A stretch of DNA of 64,000 nucleotides. Origin: Zootoca vivipara. Its lineage: Eukaryota. Both the position numbers and the translations under genes were made by a program. A model generated the notes under the pieces. The model was given only the letters and a program-made list of their open reading frames with translations. It was not told the origin of the DNA and ran no database searches. Each line of letters begins with the position of its first letter. Within the stretch, counting starts at the first letter, position 1. Below, in pieces: positions 25,515 to 38,904 of this stretch. Location: NCBI RefSeq assembly GCF_963506605.1, contig NC_083288.1, positions 25,730,001 to 25,794,000 of the forward strand, written 5' to 3'.

Positions 25515-26000
25515 AATCCAGAATGCGGCAGCTAGACTGGTGACGGAGTGGCTGCCAAGGCCATATAACACCAGTCCTGAAAGACCTACATTGGCTCCCA
25601 GTACGTTTCCAAGCACAATTCAAAGTGTTGGTGCTGACCTTTAATGCCGTAAACAGCCTCGGCCCAATATACCTGAAGGAGCCTCTCCACACCCATCGCT
25701 CAGCCTGAAAACTGAGGTCCAGCTCCAAGGGCCTTCTGGCAGTTCCCTCACTGCGAGAAGTGAGGTTACAGGGCACCAGGCAAAGGGCCTTCTTGGTAGT
25801 GGCGTCCACCCTGTGGAACGCCCTCCCATCAGATGTCAAGGAAATAAACAACTATCGGACTTTCCAATGACATCTGAAAACAGCCCTGTTTAGTGAAGTT
25901 TTTAATGTTTTATATTTTATCGTGTTTTTAATATTCTGTTGGGAGCCGCCCAGAGTGGCTGGGGAAACCAGATGGGCCAGGGTATTAATTAATTAATAAT
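25515..26000 (+). mobile_element. L2-clade LINE 3' fragment
   Basis: QNAAARL...HITPVLKDLHWLPV...FKVL peptide followed by the recurring gccgcccagagtggctgggg...(aat)n tail. Confidence 0.75.
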
Positions 26001-26069
26001 AACCACTTGAGAGCACTGTTAGGCAAGGGAAGCTGGCTGAGCTAGAAGAATCAACCAAGCCAAGGCTGG

Positions 26070-26766
26070 TGTTATAAGAATTTTAAGGTCATATATATAT
26101 ATAATAATTGTTCATAAAACATGTACATGAATGTACAGAAACATGTCTGAAGCAGCACAGGAAGATAGGCCTGACTGACACCATTTTGACTCTCTCAGAC
26201 CTGGCATTCCTCTGCAAGGAAGAAGGGGGGGGAACCTTCTCATTGTCTCAGGAATTAAAGTGATAATCCCTGGCATCCTGATACCTGACTGCCAGACAAA
26301 AGGGTGTGATTAACTTGGCTGGGAAACAGGGAAATGTAAATATCTCTCAATTTTGTTGATTAGGTTTTGGGGGCAGGGGGCAGGGTCCAGGATGCTCAGA
26401 TTACTGCCACCAGACCTCCCCTTTCATGATGTACCTATGATGAATCTAGGGAGAGGGGTCTTGGGCTACACCCCTTCTGTGACATATGGATGATGCTTCT
26501 GGGGGGTGGGCTGAAACCAATTTCAAATCTCTTTTTAAGGACAAGACATCTTTGTTTGGGGTTTCCTTCCTTGTTCTCCTGAGTGAGAGGAAGGACCCTG
26601 TTGCAACAGCGAAAATAAAAGTGCCTTGCTTCGTATGTCCTGGTTTGGTCTTTGTTATTTGGTAGGCAGGAGACGCTTAAATTCGTCTGTTTCCTGGATC
26701 CTTGGGCTCTCCCTGGGCAGGATCCATTTCTCTGGGTTCATAGGAACCAGCTTAAATTTTACAACA
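26070..26766 (+). mobile_element. Solo LTR (ERV-like)
   Basis: TGTTATA...ACAACA termini, 4-bp TSD CTGG, AATAAA; motifs shared with the 16297 LTR. Confidence 0.7.
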
Positions 26767-29700
26767 CTGGAAACCAGATCTTCTGCAAGTCACTAAAAGC
26801 AGGAGGGGGAGCAGCCTGCCTTCTGCCCTCTTCGCCACCCAGGTGCCAGTTTTGGGCTCTGGTGCCCGCTGACCAGCTGTATTTGTGCCATGCTGGATTT
26901 TCATATAGTATCTACCTTCTGGCTAGATGTGTGCGCTGAATTAACAATAATCCTCCTGCGGCCATGAAAAGGGCACTTCTTCCCCTTTGAAAGTCCAGAC
27001 CGCTTTCAAAGAACTGTACATTCTGCCCGTCCTTTTGGCCGGGAGCTCGGAAACGGGTGGGTGAAGGTGACCTGCTGGAGCTTGTCGTCAAAGGCCACCG
27101 CTGTGCTTCTGCCAAAGGCCAGAGAGCATTAAAGGGCTGCTTTGCACCCTCCCTTTAGGACAAGTGCCCATGCTAGTGGATCCTCAGTGGCAGGACAGAG
27201 CACATGCTGTTACCGGGGGAGGGCTTGAGAAAATAGAAAGAGCCAAATAGTCATTTCCCCCCCCCAACCCCCCCAAAAAAACACTGAAGCATTTTTGAGG
27301 GGGGGAATAATAGGGGCAGAAGTCCCCGCAAAAGTGGGTTAAATTAGTTATGTATGCTACCACTGCAGCCAGAATTCTGTACGCACAGAAATGGAAAGAA
27401 TAAGAAGTTCTAACAAAAGAGGAGTGGATTTTAAAACTATTGGACTATATGGAGATGGTGAAACTGGCGGTCAAAAAACAAGAGGCCCCCCAAATCGAAA
27501 TGTTTGCGGAAGAGCGGAGGACCCCCATTATTATTATTATTATTATTATCTCAGAAAACATAGTTCAATGAAATCGCAGGCAGGGACTGTAGAATATAAG
27601 CCAAGGAGTGGGAATGATAAAAGAATGTAACGTGGGACATATGCTCTAGAAATAATTTATTACATTTAAGGCAGTAGGTAAAAGGATTTGAACAGAGGTA
27701 AGGGTGGGAAGTAGGGTGATGACTTTTTCATTTTTTCCCTCAAAAATTATTTCCTGTAGCACAAATGGATGAACTTTTGCCTATTAATGACTAAACTGAG
27801 GTATATTCCATTGAAATATTTAAAAAGGTTACGCACAAACCGTTTTTATTTTTTTTGTATGCCGTTTTACCATTTCATAAAATTGTATTAACAATTCTAT
27901 ATATATTTCGTATCAGATTTGGACACAACACCACATTCCACAATGGGGAGTGTTCTTAGCAACATAGGGTATACAAATGTCACACCCGAGCAAGGTAAAA
28001 GCCCCTTTTGGGGACCTCAAAACTCAGCCAGCAGACCCTGCCGGGCATGCTGGGGAAAGAACCTACAGGAGAGGTAGCAAAACATCATCCTCTAGCGGCG
28101 TCTATACTGTTACTGCAGCTAAAAAAAGCTTCCTTGTGTGTTTGATGACCCTATGTAATGTTGTATATATGTGACTCTAAAGCTTGGGTTCAATTTTATA
28201 TCTGCTTACAGTGACTTCAAAAATGGTCAAAAAACTGATAAATAAAATTTTTAAAATCATTTTTTGCGTGAGGTTTTTTTTTTTTAAATCAAATCTCTTT
28301 CAAAGTAAGATTTTATCTAATCTTTAATGAACGCCCATCAAATTATGATACAGGGAAATGAGGTTGTAAAAAAGTCATCACCCTAGTGGGAAGTCAAAAT
28401 GCTAAGGGAACATTGTGCGGAAACTGAATTGAATGTGTTCAATTGTATGGGAAGTGAATAAAAATTTATGAGGGAATAAAGGAAATAAAAAGAGCCCTCG
28501 TGGATCAGGCCAAAGGCCCGTCCAGTCCAGCATCCTATTCTCACGAGGTCAACCAGGTACGTGGGGGAAACCAGCAAGCAGGACATGAACAGAAGACCCC
28601 TCCCCGCTCCTGTGGTTTCCATCAACTGGTCTACCGAATCATTACTGCCTCCAACAGTGGAGGGAGGGTACAGCTATTAGGGTTAGGAGTCCATAATGGC
28701 TGGTGACTTGCAGGGGTGCCAACTTGAATAAAATACTGGGGGTGCCCAGGCAAGCCCCGCCCCACATAATTGACCACATGATGCAGCACATGCACACCAT
28801 TTGAATGGCAGCATCCATCAACTTTGGGAGGGGGGGCTGGCCCCCTCAAATATTTTATTGAGGGGGAGCCAAAGGGACCTCGACCCCTAGGAATTGGATG
28901 CCCCTTTGGTGACTCCTTTTGCCAGTCAGGACATATTATCCCAGGCTAAATGGACTTGATATTGAGCTGCGTAAGTCTGACTTCGTAGGAGGCCCCCCCT
29001 CCTATGTTCCTACCGCTGTGCCTGAAAGCTCGCCCATATTCTTGGCGAGCAGAGATACATTTTGCAAACGGAATATTTTTGTTGTTAAGGTAAAATTTTA
29101 TTCGTTTTGTTTGTTTAAACAATTTATATGCCACTTAGCTACAGCCATCTCAAGGATACAATGCAACAAGTAAAAACGAGTGAAGACTATGAAGTCAAAA
29201 TTCGATTACCATGGCTGCTGGAATTTTTAAAAAAATGTCTCCGGAGATTCAGTAGGGAGGAGGGGGCCTGTCTGGCCTCCATTGGAAGGGAGTGCCTTTG
29301 CCTGACACACAGCACCTTTTTGGTTTCCTGGCCCTATCACTCTCCCCTGGAACATTCATGGAGCATTTCCGCTCATCGGCACATGTGTGACGGCTGCCTC
29401 AAACATTCATATTATCGCTTATTCCGCATTCAGTTTTCGAATTGGATTGGTGGGGGAATGCACCAGACAGCAGCGTTTGTGAGGAAAACCACTGGCTTGA
29501 TCTCGATTGTGGCTGGTGCTGTGTGAAAGCTAAAAACTTAGCAGTGGGAGCGCACTGGTATGTGGTAATGTGAACATTCCCTTAACCTGGACTGTGCCAC
29601 AAAGGGAAGGGGTTTTAAAAAAACAACATCCCAATCTGATATCCGCCCACCAGCAACTGCTATTTAAATAAGAAATCGAAACATGTCTGGTGAAGTACTT

Positions 29701-30476
29701 AATTTTGTCCTCCGATGCCTCCGTTTTTTTTAATAAAAAGATCTCAGGACTGCCACACCCAATTCAGACTCTAACGACTTGTTCTCCTCAGCAAGAGGAG
29801 ATTTCCCTCTTAGATTTCTGCCTTTGTGTCACAAACAGGTACGGTAATAAACTAGTGCCTGGGTTGTACTGGGCAAGCGGAGGGCTCATATTACAAAATG
29901 CTGCTCCATTACGAAACATTGCACACGGAAAACCAGCATGTCAGGGTTTCCTGACTTCAACCCTTGTCCCTGACAAACTTGTTTTCTATGTGCAAGGGAT
30001 TTATTCACTTCTGTGCTTCTACCCAAAACTTAAGGTTCCCTCAAGCCTTCTGGTACCTCCCTCTTGTGTGTGAGTGGTGCTTTTTACTACACAAGCAACA
30101 AGACCTCCTGCCTGAACATTGGCAGGAAAGGGAATAATAATGGCAGCAAAGCTTACCTGAAATACAGGTTTTGCTTGCACCATCCTACTGATTTTCTCCT
30201 GCAGTGATCAGGGAATATAGGGGACTGACGGCTCTCTTCTGGGTTGCACTTTCTGAAGCCCAAGAGGCCTGGCCAGTGCCTCACACAGGAAGACAAAAGC
30301 CTACCACAGGCCATGCCCCAGAATCTTCTGCAACATGCTAGGTTGCCTTTAAGTTAATATGGAAAGTTAAAAAGGTCAACATTTGGGAAACCTCCATCCT
30401 GCTTCATGTCCTAAAGAACATGTACCAAGGAAAGGTACTTCCAGATTTATTTCATAACAAAATTTATATACCACTT

Positions 30477-30830
30477 AAAGGTAAAGGTAAAGGGACCCCT
30501 GACCATTAGGTCCAGTTGTGACTGACTCTGGGGTTGTGGCGCTCATCTCGCTCTATTGGCTGAGGGAGCCGGCGTACAGCTTCCGAGTCATGTGGCCAGC
30601 ATGACTAAGCTGCTTCTGGCGAACCAGAGCAGCACACAGAAATGCTGTTTACCTTCCCGCCGAAGTGGTACCTATTTATCTACTTGCACTTTGAAGTGCT
30701 TTTGAACTGCTAGGTGGGCAGGAGCTAGGACCGAGCAACAGGAGCTCACCCCGTCGCGGGGATTCGAACCGCCGACCTTCTGATCGGCAAGCCCTAGGCT
30801 CTGTGGTTTAACTCACAGTGCCACCCGCAT
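30477..30830 (-). mobile_element. Sauria SINE
   Basis: aaaggtaaaggtaaagggacccctgacc... same family as the 17732 copy. Confidence 0.88.
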
Positions 30831-31312
30831 CGTAGTAAAACCTCTAAGTAGTTTACAAGAAACATCAAGCGCTTTACAATATATGGGGGACGACGACTTG
30901 ATATTGCAAACAGGTCATTCAGATGTCACGAAAGGGCTGTTAGCAACAAGATTTTTGTTTAGATTTCAGCACTATATTTTCCACAGAAATTGATCCATGT
31001 GAACGATGCAAGAAAACACTTTAAGCATCTGGCTTCCTCCCAAAGCATTCTGCAAACTGTAGTTTGTTAAGGGTGATGGGAACTCTAGGTCCGTGAGGGA
31101 TAAACTACAGTTGGGGGGGGGCATATGCTTTAAACGTGTTAAATGTATGGTGTGGACATGAACACACACTTATTTGCACCCACAGAACGGAGGATCAGCT
31201 ATTAGCACAGGAGCAGCAATACAGAAGAGAACAGGGGCAGCATGCAATAAGCTGGGTTTTATGGGGCAAGGGCCTTGTGTGTGTGTGTGTGTTTCTGCTA
31301 GGCGAGCTGGGA

Positions 31313-31742
31313 TCAGGCTGTTTTCTGCGCATGGATGAAGAAGATCCCTTGCACGTCATCCACGCCAATCTTCAGGCTCGGCGGCATGACGTAGGAGCGG
31401 AAGCTGCGGGTGCGATAGCCGCTCTTGGCGAAGGATTCCTTGACATCTGCCTCGCTGATGGGCACGACCGACAGCTTGGCTTCTCCAGCCAAATAGAAGG
31501 ACTCGTCCAAAGCCCCGATCATGAGGAAGTGGCCACCGGGCTTGAGAAGCGTCGTGACATTCTGCAGGGCCCGGTCGAAACTCGGCCTGTCAGGGCTCAC
31601 GGCTTCCAGGCAGAAAGCAGAGACCAAAGCGTCGGCTGGTTGGCTGAGAGAGGAACCTAGAGGTTTGGCCTGGTGGACATCGATGGGAAGGATCCTTCTG
31701 AGTTTCTTCTTCAGCTTTTGCTCTTTTTCCTTCCACGGTTCC
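31313..31742 (-). CDS. PNMT: PNMT exon 3 (terminal)
   Basis: EPWKEKEQKL...ADALVSAFCLEAVSPD...LKPGGH...GALDESFYLAGEAKL...GVDDVQGIFFIHAQKTA*; residues equivalent to human E185, E219 and D267 are kept. Confidence 0.95.
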
Positions 31743-32904
31743 CTAAATAAAAAATAATTTGTTATTTATATGCCGCCCATCCGACTGGGTTGCCCCAGCC
31801 CCAGCCACTCGGGGCAGCTTTCAAAACAAATTACCGTATAAAACCACAGTAAAACATCGCACATTTAAAACTTCCCTATACGGGGCTGCCTCCAGATGTC
31901 TTCTAAAAGTCAGATAGTTGTTTCTTAATCTAAAAAGGAGCAAAGTCAGAATGAAGAATATACGAGAAATCTAAAGAAGAAAAAAGCAAGAGAAAAGGAA
32001 AAGAAAGGGGGGGGGGACTGAAGGAAGATAAAATAAAAGGACATCCAGCTCTCTGCGGCCACATATTATATTTATTCTTTAAGATTCAACCATTCTATCT
32101 TCTATAAACCAGCATTTTTTCAATCTTCAAATCCAGATATTACAAGCTCATTTTCTCTTTCATGCAAAAAGTCCATAAGAAATTTCCAATCCTTAAAAAA
32201 TGTTGGTAATGATTTTTCTCTAATTAAACATGTTAGCCGTCTCAGCCAAGTCTAATACGCAATTTTATCAGCCATTCTTCTATAGTGGGTAAGGCTGTGC
32301 CTTTCCATCTTTGTGCATATAGCAGTCTTGGCCGCAGTAATCATATATTGTAGGTGTTTTACCTCAGTATATTATAAAAAGCTGCTCTGCAATGGGCATG
32401 CATTTCTGTATACTTAGATGGCCATAGGTTTCCCATCCCTCTGCTAAGCTCTTTGTCACCTGCACTGCACATTTGTGAGACTGGCACCTGGGCCAGCTAG
32501 CACTGATTTTGACATTCTGTCCCCTGGTGGATGGTAGGACTGCTATAGTTCAAAAAGTGAAAATCTGGACACACATGTTGTTGAGCTTCTTTTGCAAAAT
32601 CTCCAAAGAATTTGACATTTCAAAGGAAATTCGCTTCCATCGTGAGTTGCCATACAACTGGGTTTCCCCGGACATTTTTGCAATTTTCAGAAATTCCACC
32701 CAGATGCTATTGGGATGGATGAATCCTGGATATGTCCAGAAAAACCTGGACATAATGGAAGCCCTAAGTAGGAAATCGCACCCCCCCCCCAGGCTGTGTA
32801 CATATAGTTAAAGCATGTTCCTGGGAACTGTATCTTACCTCTCACAGAGGCGTACTTCCCAGACACCTTTAACAAACTACACTTCCCCGGATCCTTTGGG
32901 GGAT

Positions 32905-33222
32905 GTTGTTGTTGTTTAGTCGTTTAGTCGTGTCCGACTCTTCGTGACCCCATGGACCATAGCACGCCAGGCACTCCTGTCTTGCACTGCCTCCCGCAAT
33001 TTGGTCAAACTCATGTTCGTAGCTTCGAGAACACTGTCCAACCATCTTGTCCTCTGTCGTCCCCTTCTCCTAGTGCCCTCAATCTTTCCCAACATCAGGG
33101 TCTTTTCCAAGGATTCTTCTCTTCTCATGAGGTGGCCAAAGTATTGGAGCCTCAGCTTCACGATCTGTCCTTCCAGGGAGCACTCAGGGCTGATTTCCTT
33201 AAGAATGGATAGGTTTGATCTT
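32905..33222 (-). mobile_element. Bov-B LINE 3' fragment in PNMT intron 2
   Basis: Bov-B C-terminal ORF 32916-33161; TSD ctttgggggatgt. Confidence 0.9.
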
Positions 33223-33282
33223 TGGGGGATGTAATGTGCTATAAATGCGTAGTGTGTATTCAGTCAAAGGCAGTAAAAGGTA

Positions 33283-33864
33283 AAAAAAGGTAAAGGACCG
33301 CTGGACAGTTAAGTCCATTCATACAGACGCTTCAGTTTACAGACGCTTCAGGTTACAGACTCCGCTAACCCAGAAATAGTACCTCGGGTTAAGAACTTTG
33401 CTTCAGGATGAGAACAGAAATCGTGCGGCGGCAGCGGGAGGCCCCATTAGCTAAAGTGGTACCTCAGGTTAAGAACAGTTTCAGGTTAAGAACAGACCTC
33501 CAGAACGAATTAAGTTCGTAACCAGAGGTACCACTGTATGGGATTGTGGCGTCCATCTTGCTTTCTGGCAGAGGGAGCCAGTGTTTGTCCACAGACAGCT
33601 TTCTGGGTCATGTGGCCAGCCTGCCTGACTAAAGCACTTCTGGTGCAACAGAACATCGTGACAGAAGCCAAAGCGCATGGAAACGCCGTTTACCTTCCAG
33701 CCGCAGCGGTACCTATTTATCTGTTTTCACTGGTATGCTTTTGAACTGCTAGGTTGGCAGGAGCTGGGACAGAGCAACAGGAGCTCACCCCGTTGTGCGT
33801 ATTCGAACCGTCAACCATCTGATTGGCAAGCCCAAGAGGCTCAGTGGTTTAGACCACAGCGCCA
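33283..33864 (-). mobile_element. Sauria SINE interrupted by a Tc1/mariner MITE (33322-33538)
   Basis: SINE tail, then a TA-flanked element ending GAGGTACCACTG-TA, then the SINE body resumes. Confidence 0.75.
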
Positions 33865-33954
33865 TCAGCCAGTAAGGCGTGGTGGATCACAGGTAACCAT
33901 GATTGGCTTATTCCTTGGGAAGCTGTGCCCCTCCCTCCCGTGTTTATTGCTTAC

Positions 33955-34165
33955 CCCTTGCCTTCAATCTTACAAGTATACTGGATGTAAGGAGACCAGT
34001 CAAAGCAGCTGGAGTCTTCACCGAGCACCCAGTTCTGTATCTCGGCCCGATTCACTTCCAGGTAGTCTGTGGCCACTATCTCCTCAAAGTAGTCGCAGGC
34101 ACTGAGGAGCTGATAAATGGTGGGGCCTGTGCCAATATCAATAAGGGTACGGCCGCAGATTTTCC
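33955..34165 (-). CDS. PNMT: PNMT exon 2
   Basis: KICGRTLIDIGTGPTIYQLLSAC...DYLEVNR...FDWSPYIQYTCKIEGK(G); SAM-binding motif I; 211 nt. Confidence 0.94.
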
Positions 34166-34277
34166 CTGCAAGGGGTGAGAATAAAGGACTAAGGTGCGAT
34201 CATCTCAGGCGACAAACAATTACATAAAAAACTGGAAACCTCTTAGAAAATAAATAAATCTGTATTCATGATGGGGG

Positions 34278-34367
34278 CATAGCTGCCAAGTTATCCCTTT
34301 TTTAAAGGGATTTTCCCTTATGCTGAATAGGCTTCCTCGCGAGAAAAGGGAAAACTTGGCAGCTATG
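34278..34367. mobile_element. 90-bp hAT-type MITE
   Basis: TIR CATAGCTGCCAAGTT, TSD GATGGGGG. Confidence 0.88.
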
Positions 34368-35179
34368 GATGGGGGTGGAAGGGAGTGCAAGTCTTTCCCA
34401 AATACAATCATAAAAGAGGATTCAATACCCTGGCCCCTAATTTTCTGCCCAGAAATCACCTTCCCATAAGGTGAAGGGTGGAAGTCAAATGGGTAAAGTC
34501 GTATCTTGAGGAAAAAACTAGAATCCTGGCTGCTTGGTTCCCTTTTCTGTTTGTGTGGGGAAATGTAATGGAGAAGCTTGTGCAAATGCTCCGCTTCTCC
34601 CCCTCCCCGACACCAACAGATTTGATCCCCTGGGGGGTGCAGCTCACAGGAAGATTTCCCACCGAAATTATATTGAGAGGGAAGCAGGATCCAGTACATG
34701 TGATACTCAAGAGATACAGGAAAAACAGCACCTGCCAAAAATGCCCGCTTCTAATAAAATATCACAGGCACAAGAGGCTTGTATTCTATTGCATTTGGTC
34801 ACCTTATCGCTGATGGACAAAATGCCCCAGGGAAAGTCGGATAGAAGCTCCCAGCCAATCAAGGCCTGGAGGAATGAGGGGCAGCTCGAAAGATGGTCCT
34901 GTTTTCTGGATCTTTCCAAGCTAGCAGAGTTGTAAGAATCTGCTCATGCATGACATTTTAAGTCTTCCATGTAGCTGGAAGAGCAGGTTCCATACTGAGA
35001 TGTCTCACAAGCCACCTACCAAACTAGCATCCCTTTAACTCCACATCGCAACACGAGAAGCCTTGTAGAAGTGACTCAGTCGCCTCTTCCTCCAGGATCC
35101 CCCTGGCCATAAGGATACTCCCCTCTCATTGGTCAATTGCCCTTCTCACACTCATGATCTGATTAAGCTAGATAAAATG

Positions 35180-35243
<64 letters not shown>
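35180..35243. repeat. (CTTT)n microsatellite
   Basis: Seen directly; other SSRs at about 19814 (CA), 22240 (ATT), 36464 (GTT), 42333 (ATT), 49269 (CA), 53035 (AAT), 53119 (AAC). Confidence 0.95.
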
Positions 35244-36377
35244 TTATACATTTCACTAATTTTACATTCATTTTGATATTTCAAAACTTGATTTCCTTCC
35301 CCCTCTTTCTGTGGTCCCTTAAATTTGTTTTTAATATCTTCTGCATATCCAGATAAACTTAATTTGCTTATTTTTTCATCTGCTTTAAATATATACTCTT
35401 ATAAAACTGCAGGTTATTATGATAATCCTGCCAATGTTTTTATCTGTTTATAATTTATCTGTAAATATTCAATAAACCATTTCCATTCTTTTATATATAA
35501 ATAAAATGTTATTTTGATTTCATATTCTTCTGGTAAATTTCCCCATTCCTGCACATTCCATAAGTTTTTAAATCCATTCTTCCTTTACTGGGACTTCTGC
35601 TTCTTTCCATTTTGGGGCAAGTGACATACTTGCTGCTGTAGTAGCATACATGAATAAGTTTCGATACATTTTAGGTAGTTCTGTCCCTGTGATTCCTAAA
35701 AGAAAAGCTTCTGGTTTTTATTTATTTATTTACAAAGGTTATTTTAAACATCCTTTTCGTTATATTATATATCATTTCCCAGTAAGCTTTAATCTTACTA
35801 CAAGACCACCACATATAATAAAAAAAGAACCTTCTAAGCTGGATAAAATGTGGCAGTATGCTCTCCTACTTTGGCTGCAAACATACATTTAAGAACACAC
35901 ACACACAGCCTCCAAAAGGCTCCTAGGAACTGTATTCACAGAACTACACTTTTTGTGCCACCCCCAAACTAAGTAATTGACACAGCAAATTGGGGCCACA
36001 AGTTAATGCCCCCCCCCATCCAACCTTGTCCGATTAGCACTAAACTTTGGCATCAGTTGTGGTTTTTTTGGAGGGGGGGGGATCTGAAATTTCAAGGCCG
36101 CATGTTAATGCAGCTCTTGCAAGATCCGAGGCAGGAATCTATCACAGTCTATCAAAGCAGTCAGCTTTGTGAGATGGCTCAGCTGCTCTGCAAACTTTGC
36201 AAGAGAAATTTGCAAGTTGCCACCTTTCCTAAACTTAAGTGCCCACAGCGCAGAGCAAAGATCTTATAGGCAGACCAGCAGCTCAGTTTACCTCCTGATT
36301 CTTGACTCCTGTTTCGTTTATTTGCCAGCAAATGAAAAGGTAAAGAGGTTGTGATTTACAAACTGTACGGAGTAGCA

Positions 36378-36463
36378 CAGTGATGGCGAACCTATGGCAC
36401 ACGTGTCAGACGTGACATGCAGAGCCCTCACTGCTGGTACGCGCCCCATCGGCCCATTCGCGC

Positions 36464-36506
<43 letters not shown>

Positions 36507-37072
36507 ATTTCCCCCCCATTTGTTCTCCCGCGCCTCCTACAGCTTGTCTCCGCTAGAGCTTGTCTGCGCTGTTAAAACCCGGATCCTTTGTTGTTGTTGT
36601 TGCTGGTAGCCAGAGATTGGTTTTTTAACCCTTTCTGTGCTGTTTTTGCGCTTTGGCAGACTATGTTGGTGCTGCGTGTTAGTTCCAGCGAAGGTATTAT
36701 TCGTCATTTATTTCTGTTCTCTTCCCCCCCCAAAGCGCAGCAGCTTTGGGGCATCCCCCCCCAAAAGCAAAGCAACTTTTGCACCCCCCAAAAAAACCCT
36801 CCAAAACTTTGGTCAGCAGCTCCCCCCAAAAAGCTCAACAACTCTGGGCACTTTGTGATAAATCAGGGGTTTTTGGTTTGGTTTGGTTAAATAATTAGTT
36901 TTTGGTTTACTAAATACAGTTATATATTACAATTATACATTTTTGTTATTTAAACTATAAATATTGTGAAAATTATGGTGTGTTTTTTTTCTCGAAGTGA
37001 CACACCACCCGAGTTATGCTCTGTTTTTTGGCGAATTTTGACACACCAGTCTCAAAAGGTTGCCCATCACTG
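36378..37072. mobile_element. Non-autonomous hAT, resembling the hAT1/Myotis_hAT1 type
   Basis: TIR CAGTGATGGCGAACCT / AGGTTGCCCATCACTG, 8-bp TSD GAGTAGCA. Confidence 0.82.
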
Positions 37073-37912
37073 GAGTAGCAGTTTGCAACTAATATATCAT
37101 CAGTCTGTAAGATTGCCAGAGTATCAGGCTTGTATTCAACAAAGATCTATTCGGAGAAGACCTGTTCATATTCATGAACCTGAATTAGTCGTGTCCCTTA
37201 ATGCTAAGACTAGCATTGGCTACAATCCTCAGTATTTGGTGCAAAGTTCCAGAGCTCTCGAAACAGGCACAGCTCAGAAATCCAATTAAGAAATTTCTTT
37301 AAGAGAAGTATTTTTTAAAGGGAGAAATTGTAATCACTATCAATATGAAAACAAAACACCAAACTAGGAAGCTGGCCTGTCTAGTCCTATGCTAAGCAAG
37401 CTAATGGAGTGAAGACTTACACCTGGGATCACTTCTGTGCTTGATAGCCTCTGGGGATGGTTAAGAAACGAGTAACGTGGGCTGCATTGGTACCATACAT
37501 GTAAAGAGCATTTAAAGAATCCTAAGGATGCTGGAACTCAGGGTTCGCAGCACAAAATGCACTAAACTAGCACTAAACTTTGGCATCAGTTTCAGGGGAA
37601 AGCAAAATTTTTGGGCCACACGTTAATGGAGCTTCTTACAAGGCCAAAATCTCACCCAATCTAAGTCAGTTGCCTGTAGGGTTGCCAGACTCAATAGAGG
37701 ACAGGACTTCTGTGCCTTTAATTGCCCTGCTCTCTTTTGAGTCCGGAAACCTTAAAGAGAAACCAGCAGACCCTTTGAGGCGGACGTCTCATCTTGCCTC
37801 ATGGGCCCTGTCAAGAGGGAAGGCATATGCTTAACGTTGTTCCACAACAATGAACCGCAGGGAAAATGTTGAATGGTTTAAGTTTTAAGGTTCATTATTG
37901 TTTCACATAATT

Positions 37913-38296
37913 CAGAATTGATGCTTTTGAATTATGGTGTTGGAGGAGACTCTTGAGAGTCCCATGGACTGCGAGAAGATCAAACCTATGCATTCTGAAG
38001 GAAATCAGCCCCGAGTGCTCACTGGAAGGACAGATCCTGAAGCTGAGGCTCCAAGACTTTGGCCACCTCATGAGAAGAGAAGACTCCCTGGAAAAGACCC
38101 TGATGTTGGGAAAGATGGAGGGCACAAGGAGAAGGGGACGACAGAGGATGAGATGGTTTGACAGTGTTCTTGAAGCTACGAACATGAGTTTGACCAAACT
38201 GCGGGAGGCAGTGGAAGACAGGAGTGCCTGGTGTGCTCTGGTCCATGGGGTCACAAAGAGTCGGACACGACTAAACGACTAAACAACAACAACAAC
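37913..38296 (+). mobile_element. Bov-B LINE 3' fragment in PNMT intron 1
   Basis: ORF 37953-38282 is a Bov-B C-terminus; (CAA)n tail; TSD attgtttcaca. Confidence 0.9.
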
Positions 38297-38432
38297 ATTG
38301 TTTCACAAGGTGTGTATCTCTTTAAAAGCCAGAAGCAAATGCCATGACCTACCGTAGTTTTGCAACTGTGGGGCAGTACAGCAGGTGATGTTAAGTTTGT
38401 GTTAATTAAGCTGTGTCAGCAATTGGATATGG

Positions 38433-38618
38433 TACCGTATATTCCGGCGTATAAGACGACTGGGTGTATAAGACGACCCCCAACTTTTCCAGTTAAAATA
38501 TAGAGTTTGGGATATACTCGCCTTATAAGAAATACGACCCGCCATATAAGACGACCCCCGACTTTTGAGAAGATTTCCCCGGGTTAAAAAGCAGTCTTAT
38601 ACGCAGGAATAAACAGTA
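38433..38618. mobile_element. Tc1/mariner-superfamily MITE with CCGTA-type TIR
   Basis: TA-CCGTATATTCCGGCGTATAAGAC ... GTCTTATACGCAGGAATAAACAG-TA; repeated tataagacgac motifs; related fragment near 57571. Confidence 0.7.
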
Positions 38619-38904
38619 TATAAGAAGCATTGTGTGCCTCTCTCGGTACCTTGGTGGGTGGGTCACTGGATGGGTGGTGTTTTGCAGTGTTAATGTAACT
38701 TCTGTTATTTTCTATAATTAAAACCAAGCGAAAGATTTACTTTGCATTCTCTTAATTATGCGCAGAACGTGTAGTCTCCTCAGCATGCTTTCTGCAGCGC
38801 AGTTACTCAGTTTAAATTTCATAACAAGAAGATTTTCAAACGAGACAAAGGGAGGTCACCTTTGAAACCCGCTTGCAAAGGAAAACAATTACAGGTCTAC
38901 CTAC

